A DNA stretch of 64,000 bases, taken from positions 1 through 64,000 of the IMG/VR virus record IMGVR_UViG_3300008450_000013; one strand, given 5' to 3'. Below the pieces are notes generated by a model. That model worked only from the letters and a program-made list of their open reading frames with translations, was not told the DNA's origin and did not search any database. The stretch comes from a virus. Shown here piece by piece: positions 8,597-17,808 of the stretch (within the stretch, counting starts at the first letter, position 1; each line of letters begins with the position of its first letter). The position numbers were made by a program, and so were the translations under genes.

Positions 8597-8757
8597 TCTC
8601 CCATCGCAGCAAAACAAGGTTTTACGAAACTTTGGACAAGCTAGTTAAGTAAGGGTGAAAAGTCAGGCGGATCAATTAGACGTTAAAACGCTACTCTGAA
8701 ATGCTAGAATGTTGAATGCGATAGTGTAAGAATGTTTAAATCAATTAAGGGAATATC

Positions 8758-8940
8758 ATGTTTGAATCAGATATGCTGGAAAATATGCAAGCTATGCCAT
8801 CTTATAAAATGAATGTTTATCGTGCATGTAAGTATAAAAACAAGTGGGCAGTGCTAGACACAAAAACGAATGTGTATTATTTTATTGGTACAGGTTTTAA
8901 ATTCTGCGAAGCCAAAGCGAAAGAATTAAATACATTATGA
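8758..8940 (+). CDS. hypothetical early protein
   Basis: AAGGGA RBS, 60 aa. Confidence 0.55.
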   Translation: MFESDMLENMQAMPSYKMNVYRACKYKNKWAVLDTKTNVYYFIGTGFKFCEAKAKELNTL

Positions 8941-9021
8941 AAGATTTTTCAACGCGCCAAGCTAGTATTTTATTGTTTGCAGTATTTTTTGTTTTAGTTC
9001 CTCTTTTAGAAAGTATTTGAT

Positions 9022-9354
9022 ATGAAAACCAATATTCAAAAAATAAGCCAAGAATGGCAAGCAATGATACAAGGAAATACAATCCCGTGTTTTGAATTAG
9101 AGTTAAAGGATGGCGGGTATCTTTTAGTTGATTTAGAACTATTTGCAGACTTAGAAGAAATTCGGTTTTGTTTCGATTCTATGAATTTAAAACCGTGGTT
9201 TTCTGGCAATATCAAGGAAATTCACGATTGTAAATTTGCCTTGTCTATTACAGAATATGACGATAGTTTAGATACACTCTTAGAAGTGATTTATCAAGAA
9301 ATTACGGAAGGTTTTATGCTTCCTAATGATTTGTTCCCGAATGAAGAAAACTAA
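9022..9354 (+). CDS. acidic hypothetical early protein
   Basis: 110-aa D/E-rich ORF. Confidence 0.65.
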   Translation: MKTNIQKISQEWQAMIQGNTIPCFELELKDGGYLLVDLELFADLEEIRFCFDSMNLKPWFSGNIKEIHDCKFALSITEYDDSLDTLLEVIYQEITEGFMLPNDLFPNEEN

Positions 9355-9379
9355 TTTTAATTAAACGAAAGAAATTATT

Positions 9380-9838
9380 ATGCCTACTTACTACATGCAA
9401 ACAGAATCAGGACGCATTTTCACAACTTCTAGTTCACAGTATCACAAACAAGATAAAAAGCTTACTAAAAAAGAAGGTGAACAGCTTTACAAAGAACAAT
9501 GCAGAAATGAATTATTATCGCTGGTAAAACCTAATGATAAAATTTATGTTAATGTGGTTTCTGTGTCATCATCTGGCATGTCTAGAAAAATGAGTTTTCA
9601 CATTATCAAAGACAATGAACTGCGTAGTATTAGTTATCTTGTTTCTGTTGTAGCTGGGTATAATACCGATAATAATTACAATCTTAAGGTGTCTGGCTGC
9701 GGAATGGACATGGGTTTTAGTGTTGTTTATAATCTTGGGCGCTGCTTATGGCGTGATGGCACACCTGAATCACATGGCACTAGAAACGGTGTCGCTGACT
9801 TTGATGGCGGGTATGCTTTGAAATATTCTTACATTTAA
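9380..9838 (+). CDS. conserved phage protein of unknown function (VS.SGMSR / GCGMDMGF family)
   Basis: SVSSSGMSRKMSF and GCGMDMGFSVVYNL motifs recur in phage early proteins. Confidence 0.8.
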   Translation: MPTYYMQTESGRIFTTSSSQYHKQDKKLTKKEGEQLYKEQCRNELLSLVKPNDKIYVNVVSVSSSGMSRKMSFHIIKDNELRSISYLVSVVAGYNTDNNYNLKVSGCGMDMGFSVVYNLGRCLWRDGTPESHGTRNGVADFDGGYALKYSYI

Positions 9839-9846
9839 GGTTATTT

Positions 9847-10215
9847 ATGTCTTACACTAAATTAAAGTCACTTAATATAAATTGGGTAGATAAAATTGAT
9901 GGTTTAACAATTGCTAATGCCATCGAATATCTTAAAACTCTTGATCAAGACAAGCGCTTAGACTGTTATCTTGATGGCGATACACAAGGTTGTGATTTAG
10001 TATCACGACTTGTCTATGATGTACCAATGACTAATAAAGAAATTCTGTCACAATTGCGAGAAAAGCACGATAGGAATATAAAGCTTTATCAAGATGCAAT
10101 TGCCAGATATAAGGCTAGAAACGAACAACCGGAACGAATCTTGCAATGTGAAAAGCTTATTGCTGAACATCAAAACAAGCTTGATGAATTGATTTTAAAA
10201 TACTTGAAAGACTAA
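9847..10215 (+). CDS. hypothetical early protein
   Basis: AAGG RBS; 122 aa. Confidence 0.7.
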   Translation: MSYTKLKSLNINWVDKIDGLTIANAIEYLKTLDQDKRLDCYLDGDTQGCDLVSRLVYDVPMTNKEILSQLREKHDRNIKLYQDAIARYKARNEQPERILQCEKLIAEHQNKLDELILKYLKD

Positions 10216-10391
10216 CAACATGATCCAATTCACAATTCAACACAACCCTACAGCGCTTGCAAAATGGCAAGCCGTAGACAGTTCTGGCAAAGTATGGAAA
10301 AGTCACATTTATAAGCGTGGCATTATCGACTGGATAAGCGCGCAGTGTGGCACGGCTCCAACTAAGCAATATTAATTTACAAGGATTTATT

Positions 10392-10610
10392 ATGACAATC
10401 AATTCAATCAGGTACTGTGTGCAATGCACAGATAAAGATTCTGGAAAGGTGGGAGACTTTATAGTAAATGAAATTGCATATTCTCAAGGAAAAGGATTTT
10501 ATGCGATTAGCCCAATATTTACTAATCTTGTGGAATTATTCCAGTATGCAAAACAATTAGGCTATACAGAACATTCTTTCGCAGCACCTTTTACAATTTC
10601 AAGGAAGTAA
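10392..10610 (+). CDS. hypothetical early protein
   Basis: AAGGA RBS before ATG 10392 (MTINSIRY). Confidence 0.6.
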   Translation: MTINSIRYCVQCTDKDSGKVGDFIVNEIAYSQGKGFYAISPIFTNLVELFQYAKQLGYTEHSFAAPFTISRK

Positions 10611-11354
10611 TAATGCAAACAAATTTCAACACAATCAAAACAATACGTAAGCCTAAGACACAAGAGGCAATCGAGAAGCAATCTAAAACGGCTTACAAGG
10701 GCAAAACGTGGAAGCGGGACACGAATAAGCGGGAAATGTACAATTATGCATCGGAGGCACGTTAAAATGATTTTATTTCACAAGTACAAGGGACATTCAA
10801 TAATACAAGGAAATGCGTATTTCTGGCACGAATTCAGCAGCAGAAAATTTGAGACTTTGAAGAATGCTAAAATATCACTTTCGAGTATTTTAAAAATAAA
10901 ATCGTGGCTGTTGTAAAATAATGCTTGACACAATCTTTTAAGTTATGAGATGATTCTCTTAACGCAATTGTTTTGATTCCCAAAACTGTTTTGCGCATAA
11001 TTAAACAGGGGTTCAAAATGAGAGATTATTTATTCAATGTAGTGTCTGCTGTAGTGATTGCATTCTTTATTATGTCGTTGTTAGTGTTTTTGGTGGTCAG
11101 TAGTCCTTTGCAAGCGAGTAATGATCATTTCAAAGGAATCCATACAAACTGCCTGCATGCAAAATAACTTGCACAGAATTAAAAGCCTAGTGTAAAATTA
11201 GGCTTCCTTCAAACAACTAATAAATAGGTTTTATCATGAGCTACGCTATACCGTACAAAGGAATCACACGGTTCTTCAACAGTGAAGAACAAGCGATAGT
11301 TTTCTGTAAGCTTGCTATGATTCCAGCTAATTCTGTCATAAAGGTGACATTATC

Positions 11355-11594
11355 ATGAAATATCAATATTTTGCACAATTCTACAAACTTGATTTACTAG
11401 GTAATCTAGTGGAAGCACTGGGAAGTGATGCAGTGTGTCCAATTGACGGGCGCTTATCACGGTGTAATATGTTCTGGCAAGCGTCACAACATAACGAACG
11501 CTTGCAAGCGTTAAACAAGTGTTTTATGGGGTTTTCTGTGCATTATGGTACTTACTCACAGAATCGTGTAGTTTTGTCTTATACTGCGTTTTGA
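11355..11594 (+). CDS. hypothetical early protein
   Basis: AAGGT RBS; EALGSD.V..IDGRLS motif. Confidence 0.65.
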   Translation: MKYQYFAQFYKLDLLGNLVEALGSDAVCPIDGRLSRCNMFWQASQHNERLQALNKCFMGFSVHYGTYSQNRVVLSYTAF

Positions 11595-11603
11595 GGAATA
11601 AGA

Positions 11604-11807
11604 ATGTTAACATCAATAGATAATCATAAAGAGGTATGCAAGGCAATAGCACCGATTGACTGGACTTATACAGGCTTCGATGATGGCTTCTATTGTTTTC
11701 AAACTGGGAGCTATTCAACAGGCTTCAAAGAAATGAAGTGTAAGCAAGTAGACTTGACTAAAGCTAACTTGGTGCTTATGGTAAGATTAAATATGACAAG
11801 GGTATAA
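11604..11807 (+). CDS. hypothetical early protein
   Basis: GAGGA RBS. Confidence 0.6.
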   Translation: MLTSIDNHKEVCKAIAPIDWTYTGFDDGFYCFQTGSYSTGFKEMKCKQVDLTKANLVLMVRLNMTRV

Positions 11808-11808
11808 C

Positions 11809-11991
11809 ATGACAATCAATACAATCAAGTTAGACAAGCGGTATACATACCACCTAGAATGGTGCGGTTATGTCACGCCACTGTATTGTGCAAGGTTCCT
11901 AGGCGAGCTTATATCTACGCATAGGAACAAACAGGATGCTATACAGGCGTGCTCAGATGCTTATGATAGGCGGATGGCAGAGTACCTATAA
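11809..11991 (+). CDS. hypothetical early protein
   Basis: EWCGY..P.Y.ARF.G motif; last ORF before the terminator. Confidence 0.6.
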   Translation: MTINTIKLDKRYTYHLEWCGYVTPLYCARFLGELISTHRNKQDAIQACSDAYDRRMAEYL

Positions 11992-12014
11992 GCATAAATG
12001 ATAGTGTCGTATCA

Positions 12015-12042
12015 TAAGCCGCTTCTCAGCGGCTTTTTTCTT
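12015..12042 (+). terminator. intrinsic terminator closing the early block
   Basis: AAGCCGC-ttctca-GCGGCTT followed by T-tract. Confidence 0.85.
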
Positions 12043-12090
12043 TATGTGGTGTGGTATAGTTGCGAGTAGGTTATAGTACCATTAGTATAC

Positions 12091-12151
12091 TTATCCACAG
12101 GTTATCATTACTTATCACAGAGTTTGTATGTTATCCACAGAGTTATCCACA
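12091..12151 (+). promoter_or_regulatory. cluster of DnaA boxes
   Basis: Perfect TTATCCACA at 12091, 12131 and 12143, plus degenerate copies at 12102 and 12112, all co-oriented. Confidence 0.8.
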
Positions 12152-12189
12152 GGCTGGAGGTCAATTGTAACCTTTGCAGCTAGTAAGGA

Positions 12190-12227
12190 CAAAGTGGTCT
12201 GACCAATTCAAAGTGGTAGTACCAATT
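12190..12227. promoter_or_regulatory. tandem 19-bp repeat, each a PdhR/FadR(GntR-family)-like palindromic operator
   Basis: CAAAGTGGTctgACCAATT and CAAAGTGGTagtACCAATT; each differs by one base from AATTGGTnnnACCAATT. Confidence 0.6.
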
Positions 12228-12902
12228 GATAAACTTCGAACCAATAGCAATATCACAACACTTTCAATTTGCAAGCACCTACTCTCACCAAATCCATCAC
12301 AATAGCACTCGATCAGATCACATCGTCGCAGTATCCTAGCCAGTCAATCTACCATAACACCACTAATACATCACTCACAATACCGATTGTAAGGCATTAG
12401 AATCACTGCCAAGCGATTATATTGTGCTGTCCTATGTCTTCCTATACCTAGGTTTCTAAACGCCTAGAATCGCTTCTATTAAGGGAAATAAACAGGTGTA
12501 ACGGTAACACTGGCGCGGGTTTCAAGGAAGTGTTAGATATTTTACAAGTTACAGGTGTAGCGTTACATGCGTAGCAGGGCGTGTTAAGCGAAGGAAGCGT
12601 CTCTGACCAATTTTGAAGATGACACCCTCTCAGATATATTTCCAGAATCTCGAAAATACTCTCCCACAAAGAGGCTATGTCAGAAAAATTTTCATAGAAA
12701 TTTCAGCTCTCAAACTCACTTTATGTTATCAGAATAGATATTTTCTGTACAGAATAGCAATTATATGTGTCTTAAAAGATACAATAAAATTAAATTTTCA
12801 GAATAATTCAATTTGGGAAGAATTTACGGAAGTATAGACAGGCATATTAATAGGATTTAATATGCTATTGGGAAGCGTCTTATAGTGGGAATTAGACGTA
12901 AG

Positions 12903-12960
12903 AAAACGATTTAAACATCCATCCCATAGAAACATACTAGGACAACATTTAAATCGTTTT
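12903..12960. repeat. 13-bp perfect inverted repeat with 32-bp spacer
   Basis: AAAACGATTTAAA ... TTTAAATCGTTTT. Confidence 0.75.
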
Positions 12961-13172
12961 GAGGGTGATTTTACTTAGATAAACTACTGTATTGTTCGGT
13001 AAACTCCATAAGGCATAAACTCACTATCTGGCTTGTAAGTCCATCCTAACCTTTCATCGTAATACACAACTTTACCAATACTCTGCGACATCTTTAGGAA
13101 TTCTTGAGTGTCCTTGTCCAACTTACTAAATGCTTCCCACTTGTCATTACTGAAACTATTCATAGTCCCTCC

Positions 13173-13637
13173 TCACATATTCGGAAAGAAGCGACACACC
13201 ATGTCATAGTACAGAAATCCATCTCTGTCATATTTATACTTGTCGTCTTCCACCATCACCAATAAATGCCCTTTGTCAAAGACACTCACTTTAGAATTAA
13301 AGTTGTTTGAAGCCACAGACAGCTTTCTAGGTGCAATGTTAGTTTCTATTGGCATCCCTGTGTTAGCGTACAAATATTCCAACTCCTTAAGCTTAGAGTC
13401 TACAAGAAGCTTACAGACACCTTCTACAAAATCGGCTATCACTTCAGGGTCTGTACAAACACCTATACCATAGTAATATATGGCACAATCTGTCCCTACC
13501 TTGTACACTTCAAATTTAGCCTTAGTAGTTTTGTCCCTGTATGTCTTAGAGTGGTTCATCTGGTATGGGTATTTCTCATCCCTGTCAACAATCTCCCATC
13601 TGTCATATTGCTTGAAAGCTTTTAGTAAATTACTCAT
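13173..13637 (-). CDS. hypothetical phage protein
   Basis: AGGAGG RBS; ATGA overlap. Confidence 0.7.
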   Translation of the reverse strand: MSNLLKAFKQYDRWEIVDRDEKYPYQMNHSKTYRDKTTKAKFEVYKVGTDCAIYYYGIGVCTDPEVIADFVEGVCKLLVDSKLKELEYLYANTGMPIETNIAPRKLSVASNNFNSKVSVFDKGHLLVMVEDDKYKYDRDGFLYYDMVCRFFPNM

Positions 13638-13990
13638 ACCAATCCCTCCTTCAACTCAAGCACAACCCCTGCTGCAGCATACGCACTCCACGTAGGGTTG
13701 TTCTCTACAAAATATTTCATTGACGTATAGTGCTCATTGAATGTCTCAACCTCCACACCAGCCTTCTTCAAATACTTCCTAAGCACCTTGACAGAAACAC
13801 CCTCATCTCGTGAGGGCATCCTAATCTTCCACTTAGAAGCTAGTCCTTCCCAATATCCCATGTCAAGATAGCTTGTCTTGTATAAATGCTTATTAGCTTG
13901 AATGTCCAGTTGCTTCTGCTTACGTGCTTCTCTTGCCTTTACTAGAGCTTCTTCACGTTGCTCTGCTGTCATATTATTTATGAATGTCAT
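13634..13990 (-). CDS. conserved hypothetical phage protein
   Basis: AGGAG RBS, 118 aa. Confidence 0.75.
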   Translation of the reverse strand: MTFINNMTAEQREEALVKAREARKQKQLDIQANKHLYKTSYLDMGYWEGLASKWKIRMPSRDEGVSVKVLRKYLKKAGVEVETFNEHYTSMKYFVENNPTWSAYAAAGVVLELKEGLV

Positions 13991-14037
13991 TTGTTCTCCT
14001 AAATAAAGGGCTTCATGCAGACAGCCCTTATTGTATG

Positions 14038-15696
14038 TTAGCCGTAAAGACGCTTACGAATTTCCTCTAAACTTTGACTTACAAGCAGCTCCCCATCACG
14101 GAATACTTCCTTCATCTCTCCTTGTTGCTCTTGCTCAGGAGTTTGCTCATCATAAAGAACAAAGTTGTCTCCTTCCTTCTCTACACGCAACAAACCCTTA
14201 GCAGATTTCTTAACACCACTATCTGTCTTAGGGTCTTTGAAGATGTTACGTGGTTCTCCATTCACAACACCATATGTTGCCTTCATAGCAAAACCAAAGC
14301 TATCACGAGTTTGATATTGATATGTGTATGAACCAATACCGAATACAATATTACCAGAGGCAAAGCCCTTAGCTTCCAGACGCTTCATAATCTCGTTAGC
14401 TCGCTCCAATGTAATAGAGTCTCCATAGATTAGCCCTACATGACTATCTAACATCTTATAACTTTTATCTGTTGTAGTTCCTCCGAATATATTCCATAAA
14501 CATTCTACTGAGCCTTTAACAACATGAGCTGGAACTTCTTCTAAGAGGTCTGCCCTATGATTCCAAGTCTCTCCTTCGTAACCATAATCACAGTCAATGT
14601 CAAACTTGAAATAACGATCATCAACTTTAATAACATCATACTCGTCCTGAATATCGTAATAATTGCTGCTGTTTACAGAGACATTGAATTCCTCAAGAGC
14701 TATGTAACGCAGCCCACAAATAATATCCACAGGATTGCCACTATCAGGACGGAACACTACTTTACTTAAGCCAAGAGCATTAGGCTGACGTGACATAATG
14801 ACATCTTTGAGTTGCTTAGAGTAGTCAGTAATCACTTGCCAGTAGTCCCAACTGTCACTTACAACAGAGACGACACCTATTGGGAATGTGTCTTGAATCA
14901 ATCGACGGAATGTTTCAATTTCATTATCAGCTCCTGATAAGCACATAACAGAGTGTTCAGATGCTGGTACACTTCCACCAACAAATGTCTCTTTACCACG
15001 ATAGTAGTCTTCCACATAGTCCATAGCTGGAATTGTATCTGTACCTAAGAATGATAACAAATGACCTGCTCCAGAAGCTGCTGCATCATGCACACCAGAC
15101 AGCCCTCGGAAAGAGAAGTCGTGCCCTTGCCACAATACAAACTCCTTAGAGCTGCCTGTCTTGTCAGCATAGCTATCTAGCAACTTACGATATTGGTGAG
15201 CTGTAGTTGCTGTTGTACTAGCTTTCCATAATTCTGCAGACATAACGGATTCAATGTAATTAGGAAGCCAGAAGAACTCATCAATTGTGTTTGTCACTGT
15301 CAGAACAGGAACCTTAATATCTACTAAGCTACCTTCTGGCAGAGCTTTAATACTTAATGGCAGGTATCCTAAATTATGTAAAGCTTCAATATGGCTTGTA
15401 TCTGGATTAGCAATACATAAGCCATTGGATACACGGCTGCGATATTCTTCCACCACTTTCTCTTTTGGCTGTTGGAAGAAGTTATTATTCCATGTATCTA
15501 TTAAGAATGACTTGATGAATCCTTGTAGCCCAAAGAACACAATCTTGTTATTAAACACTGCTGGAAGCTTAGAAGCATGTGTTGAGCTACGAGGTGTAAA
15601 GTTACTGTAAATCTTTGTTGTGCCTTTCTCGTACATATCTTTATGACCAATCTTGTAGTAGTCACAGGCTGTATGAGGTTTGATATTAAATGTCAT
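14038..15696 (-). CDS. nicotinamide phosphoribosyltransferase-fold enzyme (NadV/NAMPT-like; probable Namat of NARP1)
   Basis: DYYK.GH, HDFSFRG, SVPASEHSVM, SVVSDSWD, RPDSG, LIYGDSIT, KDPKTD.G.KKSAKG; adjacent to a Prs-like gene. Confidence 0.92.
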   Translation of the reverse strand: MTFNIKPHTACDYYKIGHKDMYEKGTTKIYSNFTPRSSTHASKLPAVFNNKIVFFGLQGFIKSFLIDTWNNNFFQQPKEKVVEEYRSRVSNGLCIANPDTSHIEALHNLGYLPLSIKALPEGSLVDIKVPVLTVTNTIDEFFWLPNYIESVMSAELWKASTTATTAHQYRKLLDSYADKTGSSKEFVLWQGHDFSFRGLSGVHDAAASGAGHLLSFLGTDTIPAMDYVEDYYRGKETFVGGSVPASEHSVMCLSGADNEIETFRRLIQDTFPIGVVSVVSDSWDYWQVITDYSKQLKDVIMSRQPNALGLSKVVFRPDSGNPVDIICGLRYIALEEFNVSVNSSNYYDIQDEYDVIKVDDRYFKFDIDCDYGYEGETWNHRADLLEEVPAHVVKGSVECLWNIFGGTTTDKSYKMLDSHVGLIYGDSITLERANEIMKRLEAKGFASGNIVFGIGSYTYQYQTRDSFGFAMKATYGVVNGEPRNIFKDPKTDSGVKKSAKGLLRVEKEGDNFVLYDEQTPEQEQQGEMKEVFRDGELLVSQSLEEIRKRLYG

Positions 15697-16501
15697 TGGT
15701 TTCTCCTTTTGGTAAATTTAAGATGATTGGGTTTGGTGTTCCCATCAGATTGTAAGTGTATATGCCATCAATAAGATTGTCAAACACTTTGTAACCTTTT
15801 GAGAATATTCCATGTGTTACATACAAATAGATTTTACCTGTTGTATGTGGACGTAATGCTTTAGCTAATTCTGTGAACGTCCATCCTCCTTCACAAATGT
15901 CGTCCACTATGATGAAGTCTTGATTACCTATATGACCTCCATTAAACTGTGTAGATATGATGTTACCTGTCATACAATCTCGTTCTTTAGTTGCTACCTC
16001 TACTCGACAATTCACAAGCTTGCCAAGAGAAGCCACTTTCTTCATAGCACCTGCATCTGGAGATACCAAAACACTATTAGCAAACACTTCTGTTGGTATA
16101 GTTGCTTTAGCGCACTTAGATAAATCATTATGTATCAGATTGTTGAACAGTGCTAATGGCACATCACTATGAGCATCACACACCACCACTGTGTTAAAGT
16201 TTAAGCTGTTAATAAAGTCAGCTACCACTTTAATTGATAGGCTTTCCCCTTCATTACATACCCTGTCCTGTCGTGCGTATGGAATGTAAGGCATTTCTAA
16301 GTGGATATCTGGTTTATATTCAGCCCTACGAATAGCATCTACAGCTAAAGCTAAGTTAAATAAATCTTCATTGCTTTCCCAATCCAACACTAATGTGAAT
16401 ACTCCACTAAGAACCTCATAGTTTGGTGTATAAACAACTTTACTCTCTCCTGCAGGAAACTTAGTGATTTCTAAGTTGTGTCCTTTTAATTTAACGCTCA
16501 T
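15686..16501 (-). CDS. ribose-phosphate pyrophosphokinase-fold enzyme (Prs-like; probable Adps of NARP1)
   Basis: FPAGE, PY.PYARQDR, DAHS, SPDAGA, IVDDICEGG.TF, LYVTHGIFS. Confidence 0.92.
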   Translation of the reverse strand: MSVKLKGHNLEITKFPAGESKVVYTPNYEVLSGVFTLVLDWESNEDLFNLALAVDAIRRAEYKPDIHLEMPYIPYARQDRVCNEGESLSIKVVADFINSLNFNTVVVCDAHSDVPLALFNNLIHNDLSKCAKATIPTEVFANSVLVSPDAGAMKKVASLGKLVNCRVEVATKERDCMTGNIISTQFNGGHIGNQDFIIVDDICEGGWTFTELAKALRPHTTGKIYLYVTHGIFSKGYKVFDNLIDGIYTYNLMGTPNPIILNLPKGETNDI

Positions 16502-16510
16502 AACTCCTCC

Positions 16511-16948
16511 TTATAGCACATAACAAACAACTTGCACATCTGTACATTCCTCTTCAATAATCTTTTCAATGATATTCCAATCTCCATTAGCTAGTCCAGC
16601 TCCAATCTTAGGGATTGCAATTGAACAATATTCACATTGTTCGTTGATAGACCTGAAAGCAACTCGTATTGCTTCGTAGTCAGCATAAAGCTTGAGTTTA
16701 TCTCTTCCATAGTATTTCTGGGTGATAGTATTCAATATCAACTTATCTCCAGAGTATGCTCCCACCACTTCTCCAAGCTCTAACACATCATTTTCGTAGG
16801 CTGCTTTATATGCTTCATAAGCCTCAGGATATCTCTTACGGATAGCCAGAGCTACACCACTTCCCATAACTCCCTGAGCATTGCAGCCATGTACAATTAC
16901 TTGTTCTGTGCATTCCAGTAAATCTCCTTGTTTATAGATTATCTTCAT
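16511..16948 (-). CDS. macrodomain protein (ADP-ribose binding/hydrolase)
   Basis: GDLL, IVHGCNAQGVMGSGVA and PKIGAGLANGDW macrodomain motifs. Confidence 0.9.
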   Translation of the reverse strand: MKIIYKQGDLLECTEQVIVHGCNAQGVMGSGVALAIRKRYPEAYEAYKAAYENDVLELGEVVGAYSGDKLILNTITQKYYGRDKLKLYADYEAIRVAFRSINEQCEYCSIAIPKIGAGLANGDWNIIEKIIEEECTDVQVVCYVL

Positions 16949-17363
16949 TCTATCCCCTCCCCTTCAACGTATGTGATTTTCTTAATGGCTATGAGTTTAT
17001 AGTTAGCAGCACCCTGTCCATACTTCACACTCTGGAGTAAGGGTGCTTCCAATATGTGTACAACTACACGATTAGGAGCATCCTCTTCCCAGCTAGTAAA
17101 CCTGTAAATCTCCAACCACACTGTTTTCTCTTCTGGTTGTTCTACCAAATCATTATCTGTAAAATCTACCGCAAAGAACATACCGAACTTAGTCATCTGC
17201 CACACTTCAGTATCTACTACAACAACAACAGGGTAGTTACCTTCGCAGGCATCCACACACACAGCACCCTAACATCACGTCCATCACGAGTTTTGTAGCG
17301 TTTCTCCATAGAAACCAATTTCTTATCCATAGAAACTGGATTTTTAGTTTCAATTAAATTCAT
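16945..17363 (-). pseudogene. TRDGR-motif phage protein split by a 2-nt frameshift in a (TG)5 tract
   Basis: The 5' part from ATG 17363 (AAGGAG RBS) reads ...YKTRDGRDVRVL and stops at 17217; removing one TG of (CA)5 at 17254-17263 joins it to CVDACEGNYPVV... ending at 16945. Confidence 0.7.
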
Positions 17364-17508
17364 ACCTTCTCCTTCTTCAAAATAAAGAGCAACACAATAA
17401 CACCAATAGGAATAAATAACAAGACAGGATAAGCAATAAACAATGTAACTCCAAGAGCTAATACCATCAATTGCCAGTTAATTAAGCCTAGGCATAGGAG
17501 TGCCAAAA

Positions 17509-17808
17509 TTAGAAAGAACATTGTTCCACCACCTTCTGCCTCTCATACATCTTGATAATATTATTCATCCTTTCAGTTTTCTTGTATTCCTTCATACTCC
17601 TGATAACTTGACGGAATTGTGCTATAGTGAACTGAATGTCTGTATCGAGCTGTTCCACAAACCCTGTATTAATATCCCCATACTTAACAAGGTTTATAGG
17701 CAGTGTCTTGTGCAACAGCACACCCTCTTGTGCATGATTCCACACTTCAGGCTTCATCATCTCAGCTTCAATAATAGATCTTGTCTGTTGTTCTAATAAA
17801 CTAGTCAT
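17509..17808 (-). CDS. hypothetical phage protein
   Basis: AAGGAG RBS before ATG 17808 (MTSLLEQ). Confidence 0.6.
   Translation of the reverse strand: MTSLLEQQTRSIIEAEMMKPEVWNHAQEGVLLHKTLPINLVKYGDINTGFVEQLDTDIQFTIAQFRQVIRSMKEYKKTERMNNIIKMYERQKVVEQCSF

Larger units (their letters stand above)
8010..12630. repeat. putative long direct terminal repeat / pre-early region (single collapsed copy; boundaries approximate)
   Basis: Compositionally distinct block of small co-oriented ORFs with strong promoters, bounded on both sides by gene-free stretches with short repeats and phased A/T tracts. Confidence 0.4.

Noticed and set aside
12091-12151. Bacterial oriC or host chromosome junction
   Set aside because: No dnaA, gidA or other host genes; both flanks are phage-like
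8060-12227. CRISPR array or mini-array from the short repeats
   Set aside because: Repeats are 8-19 bp and adjacent, with no unique 25-40-bp spacers; no cas genes
14038-16501. Classical NAD salvage (NARP2: NAMPT + NMNAT)
   Set aside because: No NMNAT/NadR-like gene in the window; pairing with a Prs-fold gene fits NARP1 better, though this is not biochemically proven
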